NCBI GenBank assembly: GCA_040220235.1
Contig: JAVJTO010000161.1
Length of the DNA stretch: 22,551 nt
DNA from: Coleofasciculus sp. B1-GNL1-01
GTDB taxonomy: Bacteria; Cyanobacteriota; Cyanobacteriia; Cyanobacteriales; Coleofasciculaceae
Reading direction: 5' to 3' (one strand)
The notes below the pieces were generated by a model that saw only the letters and a list, made by a program, of their open reading frames with translations, made no database searches and had not been told where the DNA came from. Of this stretch, positions 1 to 9,000 are shown in pieces (positions within the stretch are counted from its first letter, which is position 1; each line of letters starts with the position of its first letter). Both the position numbers and the translations under genes were made by a program.

Positions 1-191
1 TTGCAAAAATACCGCGATACGTTCCTTCGGAACAGGCTCCGCCAACGCGGTATTTTTGCAATATGACAAGAGATCGGTTGAAACCCACGCTACATCAAGG
101 TTTCAGCGATTGTACATAAGTAGGGCGGCTAAAAAATCGCGGAAAGCCGCACGGTGAGGCAGTTTTGATTTTTTGGCTGGGGGAACTTCAG
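1..191. mobile_element. Right part of an IS1634-type non-autonomous element/MITE (runs off the window edge)
   Basis: Near-identical to 5069-5259 and ends in GGGGAACTTCAG, the same terminus as the 4898-5259 copy; related to the terminus of the IS1634 remnant (22065-22076). Contains a 16-bp inverted repeat at 1-16/46-61. Confidence 0.7.
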
Positions 192-326
192 GCTAAAACT
201 CATTTACAGCATATTGCTACAGCTTGTGCTATGAATTTAGCTCGTTTTTTTGCCCAGTCAAATGGAGTGTTAAAAGCTCAAACTCGGATAAGTTCATTTG
301 CCCGCCTACGCAGGCAGTACGCTTAA
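192..326 (+). pseudogene. C-terminal fragment of an IS1182-like transposase
   Basis: Manual translation AKTHLQHIATACAMNLARFFAQSNGVLKAQTRISSFARLRRQYA*, resembling the 'GLAKTHLQH..TA.A.NL.R' C-terminal motif of IS1182-type DDE transposases. Cut on the left exactly at the element terminus (191). Confidence 0.7.
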
Positions 327-351
327 TCAATCTTAGCTATTTTGAATAAAT

Positions 352-379
352 TAAATATATAGATCGATCTATATATTTA
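352..379. repeat. Perfect 28-bp palindrome
   Basis: TAAATATATAGATCGATCTATATATTTA equals its own reverse complement. Confidence 0.95.
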
Positions 380-706
380 TCAATGCGGAGTGAGGAACAC
401 AATTTATACGCCTCAATTTTAGGGTGGTTTAGATGCGCCCTAAACTGAAGTATTTCCGTACAAATATACTAAATCCAGCGTTAAGCTTTATGCCGTAATA
501 GTTTTAGCGTTCATCCCCAAACATACATAAGTAGCCCACAGCTTGGTATTCGCGATCGCGCCATTATTGGGAACAGACATTCTTAGGGAGTTGAATTAAC
601 ACTATGTCAAGGTTTCTACGGCAAAATCGTTGTCAGGCTCCCCATATTGTTCCCTACCCATTCCCAATTTAAATGCGTGACACCTTACCTTAATTAATGC
701 CTCATT

Positions 707-813
707 CTAGAGCGCCAGTAAGCGTAATCCCAGCTATAACGCAAAACGGTCATTCTGGTACTCATTCTCAACGGAAAATCAGGCTCTTTACTATTAGTTG
801 ACCGACGCTCTAG
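707..813. mobile_element. Small MITE bounded by CTAG
   Basis: CTAGAGCGCCAGTAA ... TTGACCGACGCTCTAG imperfect terminal inverted repeats; the right end is the exact reverse complement of the left end of the 14156-14257 element. Confidence 0.55.
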
Positions 814-896
814 GGCGCAAGCTGACGGGTTCCTCTCAGCGTGAACCATGAATGGACGTGAAGGAATAGAGCAGCGGGGTGAGGGGTCTGACCCCT

Positions 897-913
897 GATT
901 CGCCAGCAGTATC
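897..913 (+). mobile_element. Probable right terminus of the IS1182-like element
   Basis: GATTCGCCAGCAGTATC lies exactly where the next transposase reading frame is truncated. The matching left terminus is not in the window. Confidence 0.4.
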
Positions 914-915
914 TA

Positions 916-1589
916 TATACAGGCAAGGGACGACCGAGAAAACACGGTCAAAAATTTAAGCTCAATGATCCTTCAACTTGGTGGGAAGCTACTGAAACTA
1001 TTGAGGTTGAGGATGCCAAACTGGGGCAACTTCGAGTCCGTTGGTGGCAAGATCTACACTTTTCGGGCAGTGCTTCAACTCCAATGCAGTTAATTTTAGT
1101 TGAACGACTCAATCTTACATCATCACAGTCTAAGTCTAAACCTTTATGGTTAGTGTGGGTTGGTCAGTCCATGCCTCCTCTTGAGAGGATTTGGCGCAAA
1201 TATTTGCGCCGATTTGCGGTTGATCATTGGTATCGCTTTTTGAAGCAGCGACTACATTGGACAGTTCCTCAACTTAGCACTCCCCATCAATGTGAACGGT
1301 GGAGCGATTTAATGCCAATTATGACTTGGGAGTTATGGTTAGCCAAAGATTTAGTCGCACAGTATCATCTCCCATGGCAAAAACCCATTCAAAATTTGAC
1401 TCGCTTGTTGGGTAGCTCAGTCAATTTCATTACTTTTACGCCTTGATTGGTACACCTGCTGTGGCTCCCAAACTCCGTGGAAAGTCTCCCGGTTGGACTG
1501 AGGGGAACAAGCGTACTAAAAGAACACGTTATCCCTTGGTCAAAAAAGGTAAATTACGATACAAAAAACCGACACAAACAGCCTCTTAA
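916..1589 (+). pseudogene. 5'-truncated, frameshifted DDE transposase (IS701-like cyanobacterial type)
   Basis: Frame open from 916 (YTGKGRPRKHGQKFKLNDPSTW...) into ORF 1084-1446 (YLRRFAVDHWYRFLKQRLHWT...PWQK). After frameshifts near 1400-1445 it continues as LIGTPAVAPKLRGKSPGW...RYPLVKK to TAA at 1587-1589. Putative terminus TAGTCTAAAGTCCAG at 1654-1668. Confidence 0.8.
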
Positions 1590-1745
1590 TCTTTAAATTT
1601 TAAGGAATTTTCTTTCTTTCTCAGCTTCGGATTATAGCTGGGTTGATTTGTCGTAGTCTAAAGTCCAGTACTTAGCAACAATAAGCTGTCATGCATTTAA
1701 ATTGGGTATAGGCAGGGGCTGCTGAATAAGCCCTGTGGTGAGGGG

Positions 1746-1850
1746 AGGGAACAAGGAACAGGGAATAGGGAACAGGTAAGGTAGAGTTTTTAGTTAACTT
1801 CCTCATCTCCCTCATCTCCCTCAGCTCCCTCAGCTCCCTCAGCTTCCCCC
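1746..1850. repeat. Short tandem repeats (GGGAACA-type heptamers and CTCCCTCAG/CTCCCTCAT nonamers)
   Basis: Directly visible tandem units at ~1746-1775 and ~1800-1850. Confidence 0.85.
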
Positions 1851-1861
1851 AACTCCTCTCT

Positions 1862-2710
1862 TTACACGGCTTGACGGCGTAGAAACAGCAGCAGATTATT
1901 ACTCACCTTCTCAGACCAATGGTCTTGGGGATAATGTCCAGCTTCTTCTAGTTCTACCAATTCGACATTCTTGATCATTTTGGCAAATTCTTGAACTTGA
2001 ACCAAGGGAAGCCACGGATCTTTTATCCCCCAAAGAATCAATGTGGGTTGATTCCAGTTGCGAAACCCGGCTTCGATTTCTGCCATAGAGGATTTAATTT
2101 GCAGGTTTTTAACCGTCATTAGTAAACTTCGTCCTGCATCAGAACTGCTGAGAAAGGGACGGCGATATACATCTAAATCTTTATCAGACACGCGATAGCC
2201 ACTACCGCCTTCTAAGGTGCGATCAACCAACAACGGGTCTTGGGTCAACATATCACCGACCAAGGGTAAGCCCAATTGCTTGATCTTCCACGGTAACTGA
2301 CTCGCTGATGAGACAGGGGTGTTGAGAATGGCTAACCGTTCAACCTGATCGGGGTAACGCAAAGCGTATTGGAGTCCCACTGAACCCAGAAACCCTTGGA
2401 CAACCAGATAAAATCGCTCGATTTGCAGATGTTGGATAAATTCTGCTAAGGCTTTAATAAAAGCATCTGGCGTATAGGCAAACTTACGACGGTCTGGTTT
2501 AGCAGAGAAACCCGCACCAATCCAGTCTGGCGCGATCGCTCGAAACCCTTTTTCGGCTAAATCGGGCATTAGCGCTGACCATGAGTAACTCTGGGATGGC
2601 AAACCATGAAGCAGCAGAACAGGGGGTTGTGTGCTGGGATTAACCGGGGTGGCTTCCCGATAAAACCACTCTAGCGACCCGACCTGAATTGAGTTTTCCT
2701 GAATGGACAC
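1862..2710 (-). CDS. Alpha/beta-hydrolase fold protein, haloalkane-dehalogenase-like
   Basis: 282 aa; LLHGLP, APDWIGAGFSAKP, LILWGIKDP and AGHYPQ motifs; the nucleophile elbow reads VVQGFLG. Confidence 0.9.
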   Translation of the reverse strand: MSIQENSIQVGSLEWFYREATPVNPSTQPPVLLLHGLPSQSYSWSALMPDLAEKGFRAIAPDWIGAGFSAKPDRRKFAYTPDAFIKALAEFIQHLQIERFYLVVQGFLGSVGLQYALRYPDQVERLAILNTPVSSASQLPWKIKQLGLPLVGDMLTQDPLLVDRTLEGGSGYRVSDKDLDVYRRPFLSSSDAGRSLLMTVKNLQIKSSMAEIEAGFRNWNQPTLILWGIKDPWLPLVQVQEFAKMIKNVELVELEEAGHYPQDHWSEKVSNNLLLFLRRQAV

Positions 2711-2916
2711 TGTTATTTCCTACACCTTGACCGTGCTTTGAGCTTACCGCCCTGTAGACGTTTGAGCAAGTTTTCTTGGTAATTTCCGATCTCCGGAAAT
2801 TGTCAACAAATCACAACATATCCCTTGTCTGCTAAACAGATAGCCAACAGACTCGCTAATTGTAATAAATAATGAAGCAATCTTGTAAATAAGCGTTAAC
2901 CATAGGAGATTTAATC

Positions 2917-3333
2917 ATGAATGCTGCGGAACAAGCCAATGGTTTAGAGGTAACCACCAAAATTGCCGCTATAGTCAACTTGTTTAAGTCCCAGTTTCCC
3001 GATGCCAAGGCGGACTTGAAACCTTGGCAAAATGACCCCGATACTCGCAATCTAGTTGATCCTGACTCAATCGATATCGGTTTTCACTTTCCTGGGTGGA
3101 GTAGAAAGTTACAAAGCCGCAGCATCTTACTACAAATTCGGTTTTACCAAGATCCCTTAGAAGAGTCTCATCGCTTGATCGGCTTAGATGCCGCAGGATT
3201 TAATCATCAAGGAGAAGCTTGGCGACTTTCGACGGTTGAAAACTGGCAATGTGTCGGTAATTATCAGCCTGCGCCGGAGGTGAGTGACAAGCTCAAACAG
3301 TTCTGCCGACAAGTCTTTGAGTTATTCATCTAA
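2917..3333 (+). CDS. Conserved cyanobacterial hypothetical protein
   Basis: 138-aa ORF with AGGAG ribosome-binding site upstream, protein-like composition, divergent from the hydrolase gene. Confidence 0.8.
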   Translation: MNAAEQANGLEVTTKIAAIVNLFKSQFPDAKADLKPWQNDPDTRNLVDPDSIDIGFHFPGWSRKLQSRSILLQIRFYQDPLEESHRLIGLDAAGFNHQGEAWRLSTVENWQCVGNYQPAPEVSDKLKQFCRQVFELFI

Positions 3334-3353
3334 TTGAACCGGGTGTCTTCTGT

Positions 3354-3442
3354 AGGACTTACGCAAAACCTCTATATGTAGGGTGCGTTAGCGTAGCGTA
3401 ACGCACCATTGCCGCGATATGTGGTGTAGTTTTGTAAGTCCT
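3354..3442. mobile_element. MITE-like repeat with an internal REP-like hairpin
   Basis: AGGACTTACGCAAAAC ... GTTTTGTAAGTCCT imperfect inverted ends; internal GTAGGGTGCGTTA-GCGTAGCG-TAACGCAC hairpin. Confidence 0.55.
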
Positions 3443-3495
3443 GTTCTGGTTGAGACAGCAAGAGGACACCCAACACCATCACCCACAACACAAAC

Positions 3496-3524
3496 AGTGG
3501 GGACACGACATGTCGTGTCCCCAC
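3496..3524. repeat. REP-like palindrome / possible terminator between convergent genes
   Basis: GTGGGGACACGACATGTCGTGTCCCCAC is a perfect palindrome just downstream of the peroxiredoxin stop codon. Confidence 0.7.
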
Positions 3525-3539
3525 AGATGGTAGTTCAAA

Positions 3540-4112
3540 TTAACCAACAAATGCCAGACGCGGCTCAGAGACACCTGCGGGTTCTTGTCCCTTCAGGGAA
3601 GCGAGCATCGTATCTGCATCAGACACTTCAAATGGGTCATCTGGGCAGTTGTCGCTATAACCCGGTTCTGCAAAGAATTTTTCAATCTTGCCGTCGTTCA
3701 CCAGCATCGAATAGCGCCAGGAACGCATTCCGAAACCGAGGTTGGACTTATCGACTAGCATTCCCATCTTGCGGGTAAACTCGCCATTACCATCGGGGAG
3801 CAATAACACATTCTTTGCCCCTTGCTGCTTACCCCACTGGAACATAACAAACGCATCATTCACCGACAGGCAAATGATTTCATCGATACCCTGCGCCTTG
3901 AACTCATCATAGAGTTCTTCATAGCGAGGCAGGTGGTTGGACGAGCAGGTGGGTGTAAACGCACCCGGTAAGGAAAATACAACAACTTTTTTGTCACCAA
4001 AGATTTCCTGCGTTGTCCGATCTTGCCAACGGTAGGGATTTGAACCCCCTACAGACTCATCACGCACGCGAGTCTTGAACACAGCGTCGGGTACACGATC
4101 AATAACAGCCAT
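3540..4112 (-). CDS. Type II (Prx5-like) peroxiredoxin
   Basis: 190 aa; [12 protein letters not shown] peroxidatic motif, [26 protein letters not shown]; divergent from a Fur-family regulator, as known for cyanobacterial prxII-perR loci. Confidence 0.95.
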   Translation of the reverse strand: MAVIDRVPDAVFKTRVRDESVGGSNPYRWQDRTTQEIFGDKKVVVFSLPGAFTPTCSSNHLPRYEELYDEFKAQGIDEIICLSVNDAFVMFQWGKQQGAKNVLLLPDGNGEFTRKMGMLVDKSNLGFGMRSWRYSMLVNDGKIEKFFAEPGYSDNCPDDPFEVSDADTMLASLKGQEPAGVSEPRLAFVG

Positions 4113-4172
4113 ATTTACCTCGTTTTACAGACGACTAGATTTTTGTTTGCTTTAGCTATATCTAACTATAAT

Positions 4173-4187
4173 TCAGAATAATTCTGA
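4173..4187. promoter_or_regulatory. Putative Per box (PerR operator)
   Basis: Perfect 7-1-7 inverted repeat TCAGAAT-A-ATTCTGA between the divergent prx and perR genes; this is the geometry of Fur/PerR boxes. Confidence 0.7.
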
Positions 4188-4294
4188 TTTAAGAATGAGT
4201 CAATAGTAATAAATACTTATTTTTTAGTCTAGCTGCTAGACAAGTATAACTCCTAAAAAAGAGTGTTATAATTAAAGAACTGCTTATAAAAACG

Positions 4295-4720
4295 GTGAAT
4301 ACCATGCAGCAGCAAGCAGAAAACCTGATTAAAGTCTTGAAATCCAAGGGGTTGAGGGTTACCCCACAGCGATTTTCTGTCTATGCCAATTTGCTGACTC
4401 GTTTTGATCACCCGACGGCAGATCAAATCCTCAGCGATCTCAATCACCAAGCGCCAACATCTTCTCAAGCGACTGTATACAGTGCGCTACAAGCACTGCG
4501 GGAAGTGGGACTGGTGCGGGAAGTTTTATTAGAGGAAGGTGTCTGTCGTTACGATGCGAATGTTGATCGCCACCATCATTTTCGTTGTCGCTGTTGCGGT
4601 GCGATTAAAGATATTCCTTGGGATACATTTGAAAGCATTGACTTAAACCGCCTACCGCCCGGTATGCAAGCTGAAAGCTATGAGGTGACGGTGCATGGAG
4701 TCTGCGATCGCTGTCAATGA
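4295..4720 (+). CDS. perR: Fur-family peroxide-stress regulator PerR (start may be ATG at 4304)
   Basis: GLRVTPQR, HPTAD, SQATVY, HHHFRCRCC and C-terminal CDRC motifs; divergent from the peroxiredoxin gene. Confidence 0.88.
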   Translation: MNTMQQQAENLIKVLKSKGLRVTPQRFSVYANLLTRFDHPTADQILSDLNHQAPTSSQATVYSALQALREVGLVREVLLEEGVCRYDANVDRHHHFRCRCCGAIKDIPWDTFESIDLNRLPPGMQAESYEVTVHGVCDRCQ

Positions 4721-4789
4721 TTTGTCATTTGTCATTTGTCATTTGTCATTTGTCATTTGTCATTTGTCATTTGTCATTCGTCCTTTGTC
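4720..4789 (+). repeat. Heptamer tandem repeat (ATTTGTC)x8 plus 2 degenerate units
   Basis: Counted directly; the same unit occurs at ~8611-8650 and, reversed, at ~7733-7750 and ~14514-14540. Confidence 0.95.
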
Positions 4790-4897
4790 GCGGAGATAGG
4801 GGAGTTCTCGGGTTGACTCAATTTTGCAATTTGACCGGGGCGGGTTTATACCAAGTTGCAGTCAAAGAAGTAATATGATGTCCGGCAAATCACCCTA

Positions 4898-5259
4898 CTG
4901 AAGTTCCCCCCATCCCGATTGAGGATAGAAGCCGAAACTCCGACTAAGCAAACGTTTGAGCCAATTAGACTGAAGTTCCTGCCGTGCGGATGTACTATAC
5001 CCAGGCTAAATCCTTATTCCGTGGTGGTTTTAGCGCTCAAACCCTCCAAAACTGTACCCATGTAGACCTTGCAAAAATACCGCGATACGTTCCTTCGGAA
5101 CAGGCTCCGCCAACGCGGTATTTTTGCAATATGACAAGAGATCGGCTGAAACCCACTCCACATCAAGATTTCAGCGATTGTACATAAGTAGGGCGGCTAA
5201 AAAATCGCGGAAAGCCGCACGGTGAGGCAGTTTTGATTTTTTGGTTTGGGGAACTTCAG
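4898..5259. mobile_element. 362-bp IS1634-type MITE
   Basis: 12-bp perfect terminal inverted repeats CTGAAGTTCCCC / GGGGAACTTCAG; second internal CTGAAGTTCC at 4970; 5069-5259 duplicated at 1-191; no transposase ORF; no clear target duplication. Confidence 0.7.
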
Positions 5260-5884
5260 TTTATGGAATACAAAATTGTATCGGCTTGCTTTTCAGCGCA
5301 ATCATCGTCTGTAGTCTATTAACTTGAAAACTGCTGTAAGTTGGGTTTACTGGCGTCAACCCAACCTAGACATTCACCATTTTAATAGCGACGCCAAGCT
5401 ACTTAGAACCTGATCCAATTGTCTCTAAGAATGACTAGCTGTGGGGTTAGCTACATACTTAAAGTCGGGTGCAGAATTCCACGGCTTATCACCTTGTTGA
5501 GGGTTGCCGTCTGACTCTGTTGATAAGTTGTAGGACTGTAGAGATTGTTTTGAATTGACTAAACCGTACACCTAAAAAAATATGCCTTAAGCAATAGACA
5601 TCCTCCATCTGACTCGAATTAATCGTCTGGCTTAGGTGGATACTTCAGTCAGAAAATAGGCTTTTATTCAGATGTCTGTAGTAACCTACCCATAATGGGT
5701 TCAGCGTGGCGGAAATAAAGTGAGTCCTGACGCCTTACCGGAATTTCTTCCTTTATCGCCTTGAATTGTTGTACTTTACTTTGTAGGGAGAAAGAACGAC
5801 TCCCTAATGCAGCATGGCAGAAATAACTGACCAGCTCACATCTCCCCCAGCTTATCCTTTGTCCGCCACTCCCCTGCTGAACTT

Positions 5885-7606
5885 ATGAGCCTGCGCCAGA
5901 AAACCCTACTCCTGATTGGTCTCACCCTTGCGGGTTTAATCGGTGTCCTTTACGCCAGTCTATCGCTAATTTTAATCCGTAGTTTCGCGCAAATCGAGGA
6001 ACAACATGCGTATCGTAATGTGCGACGGGTACAGGAGGCGTTATTCGATGAATTAGATAATTTAGCTGTTTTAGCGGCTGATTATGGTGAGTGGGATGAT
6101 ACTTATGCGTTTATTGAAGATACCAGTCGAAGTTATATTCAAGAGAATCTCTCAGATACAAATTTAACGAATATTAACCTCAACCTGGTTTTATTCTTTA
6201 ACCGCCAAGATGAATTGGTTTTTGGTAAACATTTTAACTTAGCTCAGCAGCAAGAAATCCTAATTCCCACTCCCTTAATTCAACAACTGAATTCCGATAA
6301 TGTTTTACTACAGCATCCTGATACAACCAGTAGCGTTACCGGTTTAATTCTCTTACCCCAGGGACCGTTAATGATTGCCTCAAATCCCATTCTTACCAAC
6401 GAGGAAACTGGTTCAATACGAGGGTCTTTGATTATGGGTCGCTACCTGAATGACCAGCGTGTTGAGGCGTTAGCGGAACTCACCCAACTCAATCTCAAGG
6501 TCTACCGACTCGATAATACCCAATTACCCGCTAAATTGCAGACTGTGCAGTCTAGCCTATCTGAACAGGAGTCCCAACCCAATCAGGCTCCCATCTTAAT
6601 CCAGATTATAAGTCGGGAGGCGATCGCAGGCTATACCCTCCTCCGCGATATCTATGGTCAACCCGCGTTACTGGTTCAAATCGACATCCCACGAGAAATC
6701 TATCAACAAGGTCGCCTTAGCCTACGTTATCTTATTTTATCCCTTTTAGGTTTAGGGATTCTTTTTAGTGTAGGCACTCTTTTCCTATTGGAAAAAATAG
6801 TACTGTCTCGCCTAGCAAATTTGAGTAAAAATGTACAGGAAGTTGGCACAAGTAATGACCTATCGCTACGAGTTAGCGCCAAGGGGAATGATGAATTAAC
6901 CCACCTGGCGCAAACAATTAACTCGATGTTAGACGCCTTAGAGTCTTCTGCCAAAAACCTGGTTGCTGAACGAGAAAAGGCAGAAAATCTCCTCCTGAAT
7001 ATCTTACCGGAATCTATTGCCAAACGCCTGCAAAAAGACTCGGAGACGATTGCTGATAGTTTTGAAGAAGCCACAGTTCTCTTCTCCGATATTGTGGACT
7101 TTACTCGCCTATCAGGAGAAATCTCCCCCACCGAACTGGTCAATCTTCTCAATGAGATTTTCTCGCGATTTGACCGTTTAGTAGAACTCCATGGCTTAGA
7201 AAAAATTAAAACCATTGGCGATTCTTATATGGTTGTCGGCGGCTTACCCCTACCGCGTCAGGATCACGCTGAAGCCGTTGCCGAATTTGCCCTGGATATG
7301 CAAAAGGAAATTGATGCGGTTAATGCCCAACAAGGACACGCTTTCATGATGCGTATTGGCATTCACAGTGGTCCAGTCGTCGCTGGGGTGATTGGGTTGA
7401 AAAAGTTTATTTATGATTTGTGGGGTGATACGGTTAATACGGCTAGTCGTATGGAATCCCATGGTCTTCCGGGTTATATTCAAGTTTCCGATGCCACGTA
7501 TGAACATTTAAAAGATAAATACATCTTTCAAGAACGCGGTTCAATTTCCGTAAAAGGTAAAGGTGCAATGACTACCTACTTTCTCAAAGAACGTAAGCCA
7601 AAATAA
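5885..7606 (+). CDS. Membrane class III adenylate cyclase (TM-CHASE4-TM-HAMP-cyclase)
   Basis: 573 aa; DYGEWDDTY (CHASE4-type), HAMP motif DELTHLAQTINSM, VLFSDIVDFT, KTIGDSYM, KKFIYDLWGDTVNTASRMES. The Lys/Asp specificity residues indicate ATP as substrate. Confidence 0.93.
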   Translation: MSLRQKTLLLIGLTLAGLIGVLYASLSLILIRSFAQIEEQHAYRNVRRVQEALFDELDNLAVLAADYGEWDDTYAFIEDTSRSYIQENLSDTNLTNINLNLVLFFNRQDELVFGKHFNLAQQQEILIPTPLIQQLNSDNVLLQHPDTTSSVTGLILLPQGPLMIASNPILTNEETGSIRGSLIMGRYLNDQRVEALAELTQLNLKVYRLDNTQLPAKLQTVQSSLSEQESQPNQAPILIQIISREAIAGYTLLRDIYGQPALLVQIDIPREIYQQGRLSLRYLILSLLGLGILFSVGTLFLLEKIVLSRLANLSKNVQEVGTSNDLSLRVSAKGNDELTHLAQTINSMLDALESSAKNLVAEREKAENLLLNILPESIAKRLQKDSETIADSFEEATVLFSDIVDFTRLSGEISPTELVNLLNEIFSRFDRLVELHGLEKIKTIGDSYMVVGGLPLPRQDHAEAVAEFALDMQKEIDAVNAQQGHAFMMRIGIHSGPVVAGVIGLKKFIYDLWGDTVNTASRMESHGLPGYIQVSDATYEHLKDKYIFQERGSISVKGKGAMTTYFLKERKPK

Positions 7607-7644
7607 ACCGGATAATTCGGTTGAGTCGAAGCATGAAAACCAAC

Positions 7645-7710
7645 TGTAGGGGCGGGTTTAGCCATTTAATTATGATACCTATCGATAACCTTTCAACAAA
7701 ACCCGCCCTT
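7645..7710. repeat. GTAG-type REP-like inverted repeat
   Basis: GTAGGGGCGGGTTT ... AAACCCGCCC; related copies at ~8656-8718 and ~4836-4847. Confidence 0.75.
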
Positions 7711-7765
7711 CATCAAGGTTAAAGATGTCTAATAAATGACAAATGACATAAGACAACTGACCAAA

Positions 7766-8614
7766 TTAATCAGCCATCAATAACCAAAATCCGGTATACG
7801 TCATTCCCGAATCATCCGGTTGCACCAACAAAAAATGTAATCCCTGACTCGTTTGCTTGCGTTGTTCATACAACCTCGCCGCCGCCGCTACTTCTTCATC
7901 TTCAAAGGTTGCCATTACCCAGCGTTCCACTAATCCGGCTTCTAAAATTAACCCATCTGGCGCACCGGGAATATAATTAAGTGCTACAGGTTGCACCTCT
8001 TGCAGCCAACGCGCTAATGGCATCGACTGACGCCCCCCATCAATTACGACTCCGGGAACAGCTACCGTTGAGGCTAAACCTAATTGGAGGGGTAAGAGTT
8101 GATTTGGCATCTGTAAAATTGGAATCGGGCGTTGGGCAAACCCCTCCTCAATATCCCCTGCGGGAATACTAGCAAATCGCCAGCGATCGCCCCAGAGATT
8201 TTCGGGTAAGGGTACGGGTGGCGGTTTGTCCAAGCTAAGGGGATTGTACGCTTCCCCAGTGTAATTCTCGTGCTGTTGATAATCTAACGTTCTTTCCTGT
8301 AATCGTTGCTTTAAGGTTGGGGTACGTCGTGTGGCTTCTACCTTAATCTCTAATTGTTGTCCCACCTCTTGGAATAAATTGAATGACTGCGGACGAAAGA
8401 TGTGAATCGCATCCGGTAATCCTGTCTTAGTCGCCGCGATTTTCACCTGCGATAGCAACCAATCACGGGTTACATCTGGCTGAGGACAGAATGATTGATA
8501 TATAACATTACCTGTGGTGTCACAAATTAATAATTCCCATAAGACTTGTCCCGTTTCATCTCGCAGAGGACGCCGATAAAAATCTGCTTGCCAAACATTC
8601 ATTGATAAAGTCAT
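7766..8614 (-). CDS. Tab2/ATAB2-family RNA-binding protein (DUF1092)
   Basis: 282 aa; WQADFYRRP, WELLICD, PPPVPLPENLWGDRWRF and GLHFLLVQPDDSGMTYTGFWLL motifs. Confidence 0.9.
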   Translation of the reverse strand: MTLSMNVWQADFYRRPLRDETGQVLWELLICDTTGNVIYQSFCPQPDVTRDWLLSQVKIAATKTGLPDAIHIFRPQSFNLFQEVGQQLEIKVEATRRTPTLKQRLQERTLDYQQHENYTGEAYNPLSLDKPPPVPLPENLWGDRWRFASIPAGDIEEGFAQRPIPILQMPNQLLPLQLGLASTVAVPGVVIDGGRQSMPLARWLQEVQPVALNYIPGAPDGLILEAGLVERWVMATFEDEEVAAAARLYEQRKQTSQGLHFLLVQPDDSGMTYTGFWLLMAD

Positions 8615-8720
8615 TTGTCATTCGTCATTCGTCATTTGTCATTTCATTTGTAAAGTTGGGGCTGGTTTAGTTACATCTGGGTGTAACCAAAAAGATAGTC
8701 GTGAAACCCGCCCCTACACA

Positions 8721-8770
8721 ATCTCCCCCATCTCCCCCATCTTCCCCATCTCCCCCATCTCCCCCTGCTT
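8721..8770 (+). repeat. Nonamer tandem repeat (ATCTCCCCC)n
   Basis: About five adjacent units visible. Confidence 0.9.
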
Positions 8771-8837
8771 CATCGTATCTACGAAGCTGCTCAAGTATTT
8801 TTATGCCCGCTGCACTAGACTGTCACAGGAGTACAGA

Positions 8838-9000
8838 TATCTGTCATTGTGGCTTTTATGAACTACGACGACTTACTTCGTTGAAGTCGTCGTTTCTGAC
8901 GCTTCTGAGCTCCTAGTTGCTTCATGCTTCCACAATCAGTAGAGCTAGGCAGCTCTGCGTCTGAAGAGGTTCGTTCCAAACCCCTTGCCCAAATCTCATT
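8838..9000 (-). ncRNA. Predicted omegaRNA/reRNA of TnpB (5' boundary approximate)
   Basis: By established TnpB biology the scaffold overlaps the tnpB 3' end and right-end hairpin, and the guide is the flank beyond 8858 (AAAAGCCACAATGACAGATA). Inferred, not directly visible. Confidence 0.55.

Noticed and set aside
4720..4789. CRISPR array
   Set aside because: Heptamer tandem repeat without spacers; no repeat-spacer array or cas gene anywhere in the window.
5640..5884. Riboswitch upstream of the adenylate cyclase
   Set aside because: Only a small hairpin (TAGGGAG..CTCCCTA); no aptamer consensus I can recognise.
7766..8614. Tab2 RNA-binding protein as a functional partner of the intron
   Set aside because: It lies outside the IS boundaries and is a conserved host gene; the adjacency is best explained by the insertion site.
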